Part shown: one piece after another, positions 20,914-29,782 of the stretch | Position numbering within the stretch: position 1 is the first letter of the stretch | How the letters are laid out: every line of letters begins with the position of its first letter | Source: Chitinophaga pinensis | GTDB taxonomy: Bacteria; Bacteroidota; Bacteroidia; NS11-12g; UBA9320 | DNA length: 33,433 nucleotides | NCBI GenBank assembly: GCA_945890595.1 | Contig: CAMDCQ010000003.1 | Location: 1 to 33,433, forward strand | Direction of reading: 5' to 3' | Translations under genes and position numbers: made by a program | Notes under the pieces: model-generated | The model's database searches: none | The model's input: only the letters and a program-made list of their open reading frames with translations | What the model was told of the DNA's origin: nothing

Positions 20914-21231
20914 TCAGGACTTTATCACACTCACCGCACCAATAGCGTCTTGGCAACAGGCTAGCAATAGGCCAAATCTGTCTCGCTCGTTTAGTTTCCA
21001 GTTTTGTTGTGCTATATCTAGCAGCCATCCTTCAGGTATTAGGCCATCAAAGAAAGGAAAGAGGACATTGCTTAGGAATGGTCTCTCTGACAGGGGTAAG
21101 GTTAGACTTACAGGCAACTCGTTGCATTGCAAATAAGCGTCATCGTATGTAAATGCATAACCATTTTCGTCCTCTGTTAAAACGCCTGCGAGTAGCGCAT
21201 TTCTATATACTAATGCACTTCTCATTGCCAT
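20914..21231 (-). CDS. HipS-like (HipA N-terminal, couple_hipA) antitoxin
   Basis: YAFTYDDAY, VSLTLPL, LFPFFDGLIPEGWLL and DAIGAVSV; 105 aa; overlaps the hipB 3' end. Confidence 0.9.
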   Translation of the reverse strand: MAMRSALVYRNALLAGVLTEDENGYAFTYDDAYLQCNELPVSLTLPLSERPFLSNVLFPFFDGLIPEGWLLDIAQQNWKLNERDRFGLLLACCQDAIGAVSVIKS

Positions 21232-21452
21232 AATTTCGTTCTATCCATTTCAACTGGCCCAAGTTCGTGACCAAATAAACGAAGAACATCGTTCACCTTA
21301 TCCATGCGCAAACTGGCCTTACCTTGCTCTAGGTCTCTTACAAATCGTAATCCTACACCTGCTTTTTCTGATAATTCTAGTTGATTTATTTTGAGCGTCT
21401 TGCGACGTTGCTTCACAAATACAGCAAGTGACGTGAGTTCTTTTTCTTTCAT
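21222..21452 (-). CDS. HipB-like Xre/HTH regulator (y4mF type)
   Basis: INQLELSEKAGVGLRFVRDLEQGK...MDKVNDVLRLFG; 76 aa. Confidence 0.9.
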   Translation of the reverse strand: MKEKELTSLAVFVKQRRKTLKINQLELSEKAGVGLRFVRDLEQGKASLRMDKVNDVLRLFGHELGPVEMDRTKLWQ

Positions 21453-21455
21453 ATC

Positions 21456-21604
21456 TATACCTTTACTACTATATTACCGCAAATTTATTAATAATTTAAA
21501 CCTAATCGGGTATAAATTATATTTTTATTGATAATCTATACCTTAACTAGCATAGATATAGCGTTTTTAATACTATTTACACCTTATAAGGTATAAATAG
21601 TATT
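21456..21604 (-). promoter_or_regulatory. hip promoter with four putative HipB operators (TATACC-N6-GGTATA)
   Basis: Palindromes at 21456-21473, 21497-21514, 21537-21554 and 21578-21595; -7 element TAAATTTG at 21480-21487. Confidence 0.75.
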
Positions 21605-21606
21605 GT

Positions 21607-22212
21607 TTAATCTTTCGATTGAACAACGTTATTACAGCTGTCTGTATAAAATTTCATTCTATCTTGGAACTGATTACTCAAACTAGTATCGTCCGGATTG
21701 GTTTGCATTTTCCGCAGTAAATCGCGTGCTTGGTGATCGTGGTCGTAGTGATAGTCTATCCAAACATGGGGTTTTAGATAAAATAATAGAGCCAGTAAAA
21801 TCATAGGAAATAATCTACCTAAAGCCTCAGAATACGATTTATCCTTTATATTAATTTTACGCAGAACTAAACCCAATGCAAACAGTGCCATTAAAAGTCC
21901 AAAGGAGATAAATTGATCTGCGCCGGCCCATATGTTAATCGAAAATAATAAGCCAGTCCAGATGAGTGCAAGTGACACCCCGCAAAGGCGAAAGACAATG
22001 CTTTTAAATAGATCTTTCTTGAGGACTGTTTTATCTTTTAACCACTTACTAAGACCAATATCTTGATAGAGTAGCACTGAGCCGAAGATATCAATAATAC
22101 AAAGTACACTTACCGCTACACTAAGTATCTCATTAGCGAATGGCCAATGAACTACTTTAAAAACAAATCCAGTAAGCACACCCAAAATGGCTGCAATCTC
22201 TATGCGTTTCAT
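21607..22212 (-). CDS. Membrane protein with GldL-N-like repeats
   Basis: GFVFKVVHWPFANEIL and LFSINIWAGADQF hairpin motifs; about five hydrophobic segments; too short and too hydrophobic to be GldL itself. Confidence 0.6.
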   Translation of the reverse strand: MKRIEIAAILGVLTGFVFKVVHWPFANEILSVAVSVLCIIDIFGSVLLYQDIGLSKWLKDKTVLKKDLFKSIVFRLCGVSLALIWTGLLFSINIWAGADQFISFGLLMALFALGLVLRKINIKDKSYSEALGRLFPMILLALLFYLKPHVWIDYHYDHDHQARDLLRKMQTNPDDTSLSNQFQDRMKFYTDSCNNVVQSKD

Positions 22213-22257
22213 CACGCAAGAATAGCTAATTTTGCTATTGTCTCAATTAGCGCGTTT

Positions 22258-22314
22258 CTAGTAACTCACTTCTACAATAGCCTTCGCTGCTTGAGCGATG
22301 ATCGCACGATTTAC
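22258..22314 (-). pseudogene. Diverged remnant of an Fe-ADH 3' end
   Basis: Reads VNRAIIAQAAKAIVEVSY* against EHKTVTPEAVKVIVEGSY* of the ADH ending at 23289; 32/43 nt identical by hand count. Confidence 0.7.
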
Positions 22315-22394
22315 TCTTTCGACAGGGACTATGCAATCACAAAACCAAAATCATGATTCTTTGTCTTGTTATTTCCCGTTAAATTCAAGGTCAA

Positions 22395-23258
22395 CTAAAA
22401 ATCATAAGAAAAACCCGCAGTTACAATTCCAAAATGTAGCCAATTTTTGACATATCCGTCGCTTGGCGGTCTTGAGTCATTAGACGTACCTACGGCTCCA
22501 CCTCCTAAGTATCTTAGGTTTACAAATGAACTTGCTTCTTTGGTTAACTTTAGGCCGCCTCGCAAGCTAGCATCTAAAATAGCACCTACTATTTCCGTGT
22601 TACTTCCATTCAGGTAGCTTACTGGTGCATAAATACCATCGGCTTCTATCTCCGCAAACGCCCTTTCGTTTATTTTAAATTTGCTTCGTAACTTCAGTGC
22701 AGGAACTATCCCTACGTCTCTATTGGTTCTAAAAAGTGACCCATCTCCCGAAGCGAAAGATATGGTCGCATTTCTGATTTGCACAGTGCCACCTATGGCT
22801 AAGTTTAGATTTTTGCTGTTGGGTAAAACTTCTCTCAAATAACTGAAACGGTAAAAAGGAAAATTGTAGAGTAGTTTTACATTGCTAGCAGCAGGAAACA
22901 CTTGATTGTCTACTATTAAATCGTCATTCAAATATACCTGCGACTCAATTTTTAATGGCTGATATAATAGAATAAATGTGTTCCTTTTCTTCCATTCTAG
23001 CTCTAGAGATAGCCTTGATATGGGGAATAGAACATCTTGTCCTCCATCGTTTTTATAATCAAAATAGGTTCCATTTTGCCCAAATTGCACTTTGTGGTCT
23101 AGCACACCCAAAAAACCAATTTCTGCTACCGCTTTGAACTTGTAATTTTCAGATGTAAAACTACTGGAAGTTTGAGCATTGGTCACTGATACTAAAAAAA
23201 TAGAAGAGCACAAGACCATGCTCCACCGTAATATTGTTTTTTCTATATTTGACATCAC
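22395..23258 (-). CDS. Hypothetical outer-membrane beta-barrel protein
   Basis: Signal peptide (..TNA-Q), amphipathic strands and C-terminal AGFSYDF. Confidence 0.65.
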   Translation of the reverse strand: MMSNIEKTILRWSMVLCSSIFLVSVTNAQTSSSFTSENYKFKAVAEIGFLGVLDHKVQFGQNGTYFDYKNDGGQDVLFPISRLSLELEWKKRNTFILLYQPLKIESQVYLNDDLIVDNQVFPAASNVKLLYNFPFYRFSYLREVLPNSKNLNLAIGGTVQIRNATISFASGDGSLFRTNRDVGIVPALKLRSKFKINERAFAEIEADGIYAPVSYLNGSNTEIVGAILDASLRGGLKLTKEASSFVNLRYLGGGAVGTSNDSRPPSDGYVKNWLHFGIVTAGFSYDF

Positions 23259-23288
23259 TCCAATAGGTTTTAAAAAAATAAAACGTTT

Positions 23289-24449
23289 CTAATAACTCCC
23301 TTCCACGATCACTTTCACCGCCTCAGGAGTAACTGTCTTGTGCTCGCCAAGAGCTATCCAGCCGCGTTCACGTAGCGTTTCACTTACTTTCTCAGCAGTT
23401 CCCTCACAGTCGTCAATGTAGTCCGACAAATGTGTTGGAATGTCGAGCGATTGAAAAAATTCTTCTGTCTTTGTAATGGCCATTCTCGCTCGCTCTTCGA
23501 GTGTACCTTCAGTTATGTTCCAAACGCGTTCACCGTATTGAGCTAGCTTTTCCTTTTTGCTTTCTAGGAAATGATGATAATGTCTTGGTGCTATTATGGC
23601 CAACGTTCTTGCATGATCTATACCATATAGTGCGGTGAGCTCATGACCTATAGCGTGAACTGCCCAATCGGTAGGCACCCCTTTTTGCAGTAGTCCATTG
23701 AGTGCCATAGTACAACACCACATAAAGTTTGCGGCTGAAGTATAGTCAGCTGGATTCTCCATTACCTTAGGAGCTGTTGCTACAAGACTATTCATGACGC
23801 TTTCTGCAAAACGATCTTGTAAATCTGCACCTATAGGATAAGTCATATATTGCTCCATCACATGGGTATACGCATCCGTTATTCCATTGGCAATTTGATT
23901 CTTTGGAATAGAAGCAACTACAGTAGGATCTAAAATACTAAATTTAGGGAAAAGTCCTGGTCCGCCCATCGCTAGTTTTTGACCAATTCCCCTGCGAGAA
24001 ATAACCGAACCACTGTTCATTTCGGTTCCAGTTGCAGGAAGTGTTAGTACCGTACCAAATGGCATTCCTACATCCGTTCTTATCGCCTTTGCCAAAATAT
24101 CCCAAGGCTCCTCGCCTTCGTAAAGTGCTGCTGCTGACAGAAATTTAACACCATCTATAACAGAACCACCACCTACAGCAAGTAAAAAATCAATTTTTTC
24201 CGATTTGATAATAGTCAATGCATCCATCAAAATTTCATATTCAGGATTAGCAGGTATGCCCCCAAACTCTATGTAGTCAAAATTCTTGAGAGCTTCGGTT
24301 ACTTGCTCGTAAACTCCATTTTTCTTGATACTTCCGCCACCATACAGCAACATAATATTGGCGTTAGGAGGAAGTTCTTGGGTAAGTTTTGCTATGGTAT
24401 CTTTACCAAAATGTATTTTAACTGGGTTTATTAATTCGAAATTGCGCAT
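23289..24449 (-). CDS. Iron-containing alcohol dehydrogenase (YqhD/BdhA-like)
   Basis: YGGGSIK, AVGGGSVIDG, TLPATGTE and HAIGHELTALYGIDHARTLA. Confidence 0.93.
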   Translation of the reverse strand: MRNFELINPVKIHFGKDTIAKLTQELPPNANIMLLYGGGSIKKNGVYEQVTEALKNFDYIEFGGIPANPEYEILMDALTIIKSEKIDFLLAVGGGSVIDGVKFLSAAALYEGEEPWDILAKAIRTDVGMPFGTVLTLPATGTEMNSGSVISRRGIGQKLAMGGPGLFPKFSILDPTVVASIPKNQIANGITDAYTHVMEQYMTYPIGADLQDRFAESVMNSLVATAPKVMENPADYTSAANFMWCCTMALNGLLQKGVPTDWAVHAIGHELTALYGIDHARTLAIIAPRHYHHFLESKKEKLAQYGERVWNITEGTLEERARMAITKTEEFFQSLDIPTHLSDYIDDCEGTAEKVSETLRERGWIALGEHKTVTPEAVKVIVEGSY

Positions 24450-24489
24450 ACTAGTGTAACGAAGTAAACCAAAATTTGTTGGAATTTAT

Positions 24490-25146
24490 TTAAAACCTTA
24501 ACTCCTTCACCACAAATCGAGCAAACAACTCCTCTGAGTACCAGTTATATTTTTTGGTAAGGGCTATCGCTTTTTTATGATGTTCGTTTTTGTAGGCAAA
24601 TTGCATTATGGCTTCTTGGTTTTTCCATAGGCTAAATGTTGCCATTTCTAAAAGAGGTATATCTCCTATTCCTCTGGTAAATAGTAGTCCGGGGTTGTCC
24701 CACAAATCCCGATGTGACGTGGGCACGTAGTTCCAAAATCTAAAGAGTTTATGCCATTTTAGAGATGCACGAGTTATTACCCCTATTTGGTCATGCTCAC
24801 TTACTGTCAAATGCTTCATAGCTGCGAATGGAGTTTTACCATCCCATGTTCCATTTACTTTTATGCAACGTAAATCGTAGTTTATTATCTTGGAGCAACG
24901 TTGTTTGTACTCGTTTATAAACGAACTATCCTTAAAAAATAGCCCTGCGTCGTCTTCTGATTCCCAAACCGCTAAAAAAGCATATTCTGACCAGTCGGGC
25001 AAAACACTAAATCCTTTTTTGCCTGTACCTAGAAGTTTAAAAAACAACAGACCTTTAGTGTTTTTCAAAAGCCGTGACCCACCTCCCATCATTTTGAAGG
25101 CCCAGTACTTATGTTCTGTGACAGTAAAAAAGGTAAGTGTGGTCAT
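24490..25146 (-). CDS. CrtA (spheroidene monooxygenase)-like / DUF3291 protein
   Basis: FFKLLGTG..GFS..PDW, GIGDIPLLEMATFSLW, H..AI and WYSEELFARF motifs. Confidence 0.8.
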   Translation of the reverse strand: MTTLTFFTVTEHKYWAFKMMGGGSRLLKNTKGLLFFKLLGTGKKGFSVLPDWSEYAFLAVWESEDDAGLFFKDSSFINEYKQRCSKIINYDLRCIKVNGTWDGKTPFAAMKHLTVSEHDQIGVITRASLKWHKLFRFWNYVPTSHRDLWDNPGLLFTRGIGDIPLLEMATFSLWKNQEAIMQFAYKNEHHKKAIALTKKYNWYSEELFARFVVKELRF

Positions 25147-25260
25147 TGCTAGCCTATGTAACACCAAGAACGTCTAATTGTTAGGAAGGCCTAGTAAACG
25201 AAACGGCTTGCGTAGGACGATTTTTTTATAATCGAGTATAAAATATCGCCTGAGTCACTT

Positions 25261-26130
25261 TTACTCCTTCAAAATATCTCCCACATTTGCTTTAATTCTT
25301 TGCGCAATGTCGTCAAGCGGCAAGTCATTATCATCTTGCCCAAAAGGGTCTTCTATTTCCTCCGCAAGTACCTCTATACTTACCAAAATGTAGAATATAA
25401 AAACTGCAATTAGAACCGTACCATAACCAAAAGAAGAAACAAACCCAATGGGAAGTGTGAAAACATAAATGAATATAAATTTCTTTAAAAACAGATTATA
25501 GGAGTACGGCATTGGGGTGTTTTTTATTCGTTCGCAAGCACCTGTTATGTTGGAGAAAGTATTCAAATTGGTGTCCATAGCCAAGTATTCTATATCGCTA
25601 ATTTCACCTTTGTTTTTCATAACACGCAGTCTATTATACATGAGTTGCGAGATATAACTGGGCTTATGAGATGCAGCATAAAAACCTTGATTTTCCTCGT
25701 CTGATAGTGCTATGGTAAGTTCTTCAGACTCATCTCGTAAGTGCCATTTTAGGGCAAATACATAGTTTGAAATCATCCGGTTAAAAAACGATATCGTATT
25801 TTTATCATTAGTGGTAGATGCTATCTTTATGGCTAGCGTACGCGTGTTGTTTACCAACTCTCCCCACCTTTTTCGTCCTTCCCACCAGCGGTCATACGCA
25901 GTGTTAGTTCTAAAAACAAGGAGCAGAGATAATACAAATCCAATGAGTGAATATACCGCAATGGCATCCTTAAATATATGCAAGTCCTTGAAGTAAGTGA
26001 GCTCCACGTGTGTTAATACAGCCGTCATACTGGCCAAAATCAACATCTCTGGTAATAAAATTCTTAATGTATCGCTTTTGGGTACTTTGAGTATCTGCGT
26101 AAACCAAATTTTAGGGTTGTACTTTATCAT
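25261..26130 (-). CDS. Bestrophin-family anion channel
   Basis: LLVFRTNTAYDRWWEGRKRWG, CERIKNTPMP and EIEDPFGQDDNDLP. Confidence 0.93.
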   Translation of the reverse strand: MIKYNPKIWFTQILKVPKSDTLRILLPEMLILASMTAVLTHVELTYFKDLHIFKDAIAVYSLIGFVLSLLLVFRTNTAYDRWWEGRKRWGELVNNTRTLAIKIASTTNDKNTISFFNRMISNYVFALKWHLRDESEELTIALSDEENQGFYAASHKPSYISQLMYNRLRVMKNKGEISDIEYLAMDTNLNTFSNITGACERIKNTPMPYSYNLFLKKFIFIYVFTLPIGFVSSFGYGTVLIAVFIFYILVSIEVLAEEIEDPFGQDDNDLPLDDIAQRIKANVGDILKE

Positions 26131-26195
26131 TATTGGCCAAAAGTAAGAGATTAATGTCATTTGCCATTGTATCTATTTTTACGTTAATTCGCCGA

Positions 26196-28097
26196 ATGTC
26201 ACGTTACATAGCAAAAAACCTAAGCGACTATAATCAACTCTACGCTGAGAATCTTTCCAACCCTTCACAATTTTGGGAAGAATTTGCCGCACAAGAATTT
26301 ACATGGCACCGCAAATGGGATAATGTACTTGACTTTGATCTTACTAAGCCTAACGTAAAATGGTTTGAAGGCGCTAAACTTAATATTACCGAAAACTGTA
26401 TCGATCGGCACCTTGCCACAAAAGGTGATCAAACAGCAATCATATTTGAGCCTAACGATATTCACGAGCAATCACTGCACATTTCCTATAGCGAATTGGC
26501 TAAAAATGTAAATAAAACGGCCAATATGCTAAAGGCCAATGGCGCCAAAAAAGGAGATAGAATATGTTTATACATGCCCATGACTCCAGAACTAGCCTAT
26601 GCCGTTCTGGCTTGCGCCCGCATAGGTGCGGTTCATTCTGTGGTATTTGCAGGTTTTAGTGCTAAGAGTTTGAGCGATAGAATAATGGATGCTCAATGCT
26701 CCATCGTACTCACCGCAGATGGCGGTTATCGCGGTTCCAAAACAACTCCACTAAAGGAAATCATGGACGAAGCACTAGAAAGCTGTGATTGCGTAAAAAA
26801 GGTTATCGTACTAAATAGAACCCATACCAAAATACCCATGGAATACGGGCGAGATGTATGGTGGCAAGAAGAATTTGAAAAGGCGAGCGATGTTTGTGTA
26901 GCAGAAATAATGGATGCTGAAGACATGCTCTTCATACTTTACACCAGCGGGAGTACAGGCAAACCAAAGGGCATGGTGCATACCTGCGGCGGGTATATGG
27001 TGTATACCAACTATTCTTTTCGGAATGTTTTTCAATATCAAGAAGGAGAAATATACTGGTGTACTGCCGATATAGGTTGGATAACAGGACATAGCTATAT
27101 AGTATATGGACCACTGAGTGCAGGAGCAACAACTGTACTATTTGAAGGGGTGCCAAGTTACCCTGATATGGGTCGTTTTTGGCAGGTAGTTGCCAAACAT
27201 AAAGTCAATATTTTTTACACCGCACCTACAGCTATTCGTTCACTAGCCACCTGTGATATAAATTTGGTAAACCAGCATGACTTATCAAGCCTGAGCAAAC
27301 TAGGTACAGTAGGTGAACCCATTAATCTTGAGGCTTGGGAATGGTACGACGAACATATTGGCAAACAAAAATGTCCCATAGTTGATACCTGGTGGCAAAC
27401 CGAAACCGGAGGAATTATGATTAGTAGCCTAGCAGGAGTAACCAAAGACATACCTACTTTTGCTACGCTTCCTTTACCTGGCATACAGCCTTGTCTGATG
27501 GATGAAAATGGACTGGAATTACCCGAGGGAGAACAAGAAGGTCGACTTTGCATAAAATTTCCATGGCCGAGCATGGCACGTAGCATTTACGGAGACCACC
27601 AGCGCTATGCAGACACTTATTTTAGTACATTCCCCGGCAAGTATTTTACGGGAGACGGAGCAAAACGCGACCTTGAAGGCAACTATCGCATTACAGGCCG
27701 GGTAGATGATATAGTGATTGTAAGTGGGCATAACCTCGGGACTGCAGAAATAGAAAATATAATAAACGAACATCCTCAAGTTGCCGAAAGTGCTGTAGTT
27801 GGTTATCCGCATGATGTAAAGGGAAATAGTATTTACGCGTACGTCACACTTAAGAATGACGGCAGTTACCATAGTCAACTAGAAAGTGAGATTAAAGAGT
27901 TGGTTTCACGAACCTTAGGTCCTATTTCTAAGCCCGAAAAAATTCAATTTACGTCAGGTTTACCTAAAACCCGTAGTGGCAAAATAATGCGTAGAATCTT
28001 AAGAAAAGTAGCTGCCAACGAGCTAGAAAACTTAGGCGATATAAGTACTCTGCTCAATCCAGAGTGTGTAGAAGAAATAATTGCCGGAAGGAAATAG
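26196..28097 (+). CDS. acs: Acetyl-CoA synthetase
   Basis: YTSGSTGKPKG, WCTADIGWITGHSY, DTWWQTETGG and PKTRSGKIMRR. Confidence 0.97.
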   Translation: MSRYIAKNLSDYNQLYAENLSNPSQFWEEFAAQEFTWHRKWDNVLDFDLTKPNVKWFEGAKLNITENCIDRHLATKGDQTAIIFEPNDIHEQSLHISYSELAKNVNKTANMLKANGAKKGDRICLYMPMTPELAYAVLACARIGAVHSVVFAGFSAKSLSDRIMDAQCSIVLTADGGYRGSKTTPLKEIMDEALESCDCVKKVIVLNRTHTKIPMEYGRDVWWQEEFEKASDVCVAEIMDAEDMLFILYTSGSTGKPKGMVHTCGGYMVYTNYSFRNVFQYQEGEIYWCTADIGWITGHSYIVYGPLSAGATTVLFEGVPSYPDMGRFWQVVAKHKVNIFYTAPTAIRSLATCDINLVNQHDLSSLSKLGTVGEPINLEAWEWYDEHIGKQKCPIVDTWWQTETGGIMISSLAGVTKDIPTFATLPLPGIQPCLMDENGLELPEGEQEGRLCIKFPWPSMARSIYGDHQRYADTYFSTFPGKYFTGDGAKRDLEGNYRITGRVDDIVIVSGHNLGTAEIENIINEHPQVAESAVVGYPHDVKGNSIYAYVTLKNDGSYHSQLESEIKELVSRTLGPISKPEKIQFTSGLPKTRSGKIMRRILRKVAANELENLGDISTLLNPECVEEIIAGRK

Positions 28098-28251
28098 GAT
28101 AACTGATTTAGGACGTAGGATATATCATCTGGGACTCCTGTCAGTTTTTGATAATGGCGGGCCTGGTATAGAAACGCCTCTTGGCAAGGCGAGGGTGTTC
28201 TTCAAATTCTATACTGATTTAATATAAATAGAGCCTTCAGGACTTCAGTTA

Positions 28252-29280
28252 CTACAACTGCCCAATCTCCCTAACCAAAGCCTCTACATTTTCACTAGCA
28301 GTTGCCCAACTGGTAATCAAGCGAATGGCTGAGTGGGTTTCATTTATCTTTCTCCAGTGATGAAACGTAAATTTTTGTGCTAAATGCTCAATCTGCGTAT
28401 TGCTTAAAATCGGAAAAATTTGATTGGTAATAGTATCTTCCCAAAATAGAATTCCCTTGTCTGAGAATGCTTGCTTCAATTTCATGGCTTGCTCATTAGC
28501 ATAACGAGCTAAGTCAAAGTACAAATCATCACGCAGCAATTCCTCAAATTGAATACCGAGTACTCGCCCTTTAGCTAACATAGCTCCACGCTGCTTTACA
28601 TGAAATGCAAAATCTTCTTGAAGTATGGGATTATTTATAACAATAGCCTCTCCCAATAATGCCCCATTTTTAGTACCTCCTAACCAAAAAACATCTGTAA
28701 GTCTGGCAACATCAGCCAGTGTCAAGTCGTTGTCTTTTGCGACAAGCGCATTACCTAGTCTTGCCCCATCCATAAACAAGTACAAATCGTTTTCCTTGCA
28801 AAAATTATAAACGTCTGTAAGCTCTTGTTTACTATAAATAGTGCCCATCTCGGTAGCATTCGAAATATATACCATACGCTGTTTTAGCACATGGGGTTTG
28901 TTCATGTGCGCATCTAAGACCTGCCGAATATGAGCTGGAGTTAGCTTGCCAAAGCTTGCTTCTATAGCATTTATTTTATGACCGGTAGCTTCTATTGCGC
29001 CTGTTTCATTGGTATAAATATGCCCAGTAGTTGCGGCTATTACACTCTCGTGAGGTTTCAAGCAGGCTGCTATTACAAGCATATTGGCTTGTGTTCCGCC
29101 GCTTACAAAATGAACTTTAGACGCTGGAGAATTCGCTTTTTCTGAGATTAGTGCAGCTGCTCTTTGGCAATATTCATCTACACCATAGCCGTCTTGTTGC
29201 ACCCTATTGGTACGGACAAGTGCTTCCAAAACACGAGGATGACATCCTTCAGAATAGTCATTTTTAAACGAGATAGTCAT
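28252..29280 (-). CDS. ltaE: Low-specificity L-threonine aldolase
   Basis: SFKNDYSEG, GGTQAN, ETGAIE, MDGARL and GGTKNG (PLP lysine). Confidence 0.88.
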   Translation of the reverse strand: MTISFKNDYSEGCHPRVLEALVRTNRVQQDGYGVDEYCQRAAALISEKANSPASKVHFVSGGTQANMLVIAACLKPHESVIAATTGHIYTNETGAIEATGHKINAIEASFGKLTPAHIRQVLDAHMNKPHVLKQRMVYISNATEMGTIYSKQELTDVYNFCKENDLYLFMDGARLGNALVAKDNDLTLADVARLTDVFWLGGTKNGALLGEAIVINNPILQEDFAFHVKQRGAMLAKGRVLGIQFEELLRDDLYFDLARYANEQAMKLKQAFSDKGILFWEDTITNQIFPILSNTQIEHLAQKFTFHHWRKINETHSAIRLITSWATASENVEALVREIGQL

Positions 29281-29332
29281 GATACACTCAAAATTAACTT
29301 AAAAAATAAGTTATTCGTTGGCTAGCACAATT

Positions 29333-29782
29333 TTACTCCTGCTCTACCGTCCGTTTAGACTTACGATAGATGAACGAGTTAAAGATATTACGGCGAGCAA
29401 ATCGTTGCATTTTATCTGCATTTACCAACTTGGAAAACAGCGTTTTATTCACACCAAAATACTCGTACGTAGAGCCATCTGTAAAAGTAACCTCTAGTAA
29501 CATACTTTTGTGATGTAAGTCGTCAATACTCGCATTATTTATAGTCTCGTTATACTCATCCAATCCTTTGGCAATAGTTTCTGGAGCTATACTTATTAAA
29601 AAAGCATATCCATCTGTGAGTTGGCGACTCATTTCCTCTGCTTCTTCTTTCATGGTATCGTCAGCAGTGTGCTTATCGGGATGCCATTCTTTAACCAAAT
29701 TACGGTAGCTGGTTTTTAATTCCTTAAGATCTATTTCACCCTCTACTTGAAACAGTTTTTTGTATTGATTGATACGCTTCAT
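29333..29782 (-). CDS. J-domain (HPD) plus KTSC-domain protein
   Basis: YRNLVKEWHPDK followed by LEVTFTDGSTYEYFGV. Confidence 0.85.
   Translation of the reverse strand: MKRINQYKKLFQVEGEIDLKELKTSYRNLVKEWHPDKHTADDTMKEEAEEMSRQLTDGYAFLISIAPETIAKGLDEYNETINNASIDDLHHKSMLLEVTFTDGSTYEYFGVNKTLFSKLVNADKMQRFARRNIFNSFIYRKSKRTVEQE

Noticed and set aside
21456-21604. Regularly spaced repeats as a mini CRISPR array
   Set aside because: Repeats are degenerate 18-bp dyads with ~22-bp AT-rich gaps, there are no cas genes, and they overlap an HTH gene promoter.
21607-22212. Calling this gene gldL
   Set aside because: It lacks the long cytoplasmic coiled-coil domain and the gldK/M/N context.
22147-22356. 69-aa plus-strand ORF
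   Set aside because: Overlaps the GldL-like gene start, its promoter and the ADH remnant on the opposite strand.
28084-28095. CCGGAAGGAA resembling the SRP RNA tetraloop region
   Set aside because: It is the last codons of acs (AGRK); the flanking CAGG/GCAGC and long helix are missing.
28188-28240. GGCGAGGGTGTTC resembling the fluoride riboswitch 5' end
   Set aside because: No pairing GCC or downstream GCTGATGAC, and no gene follows on this strand.
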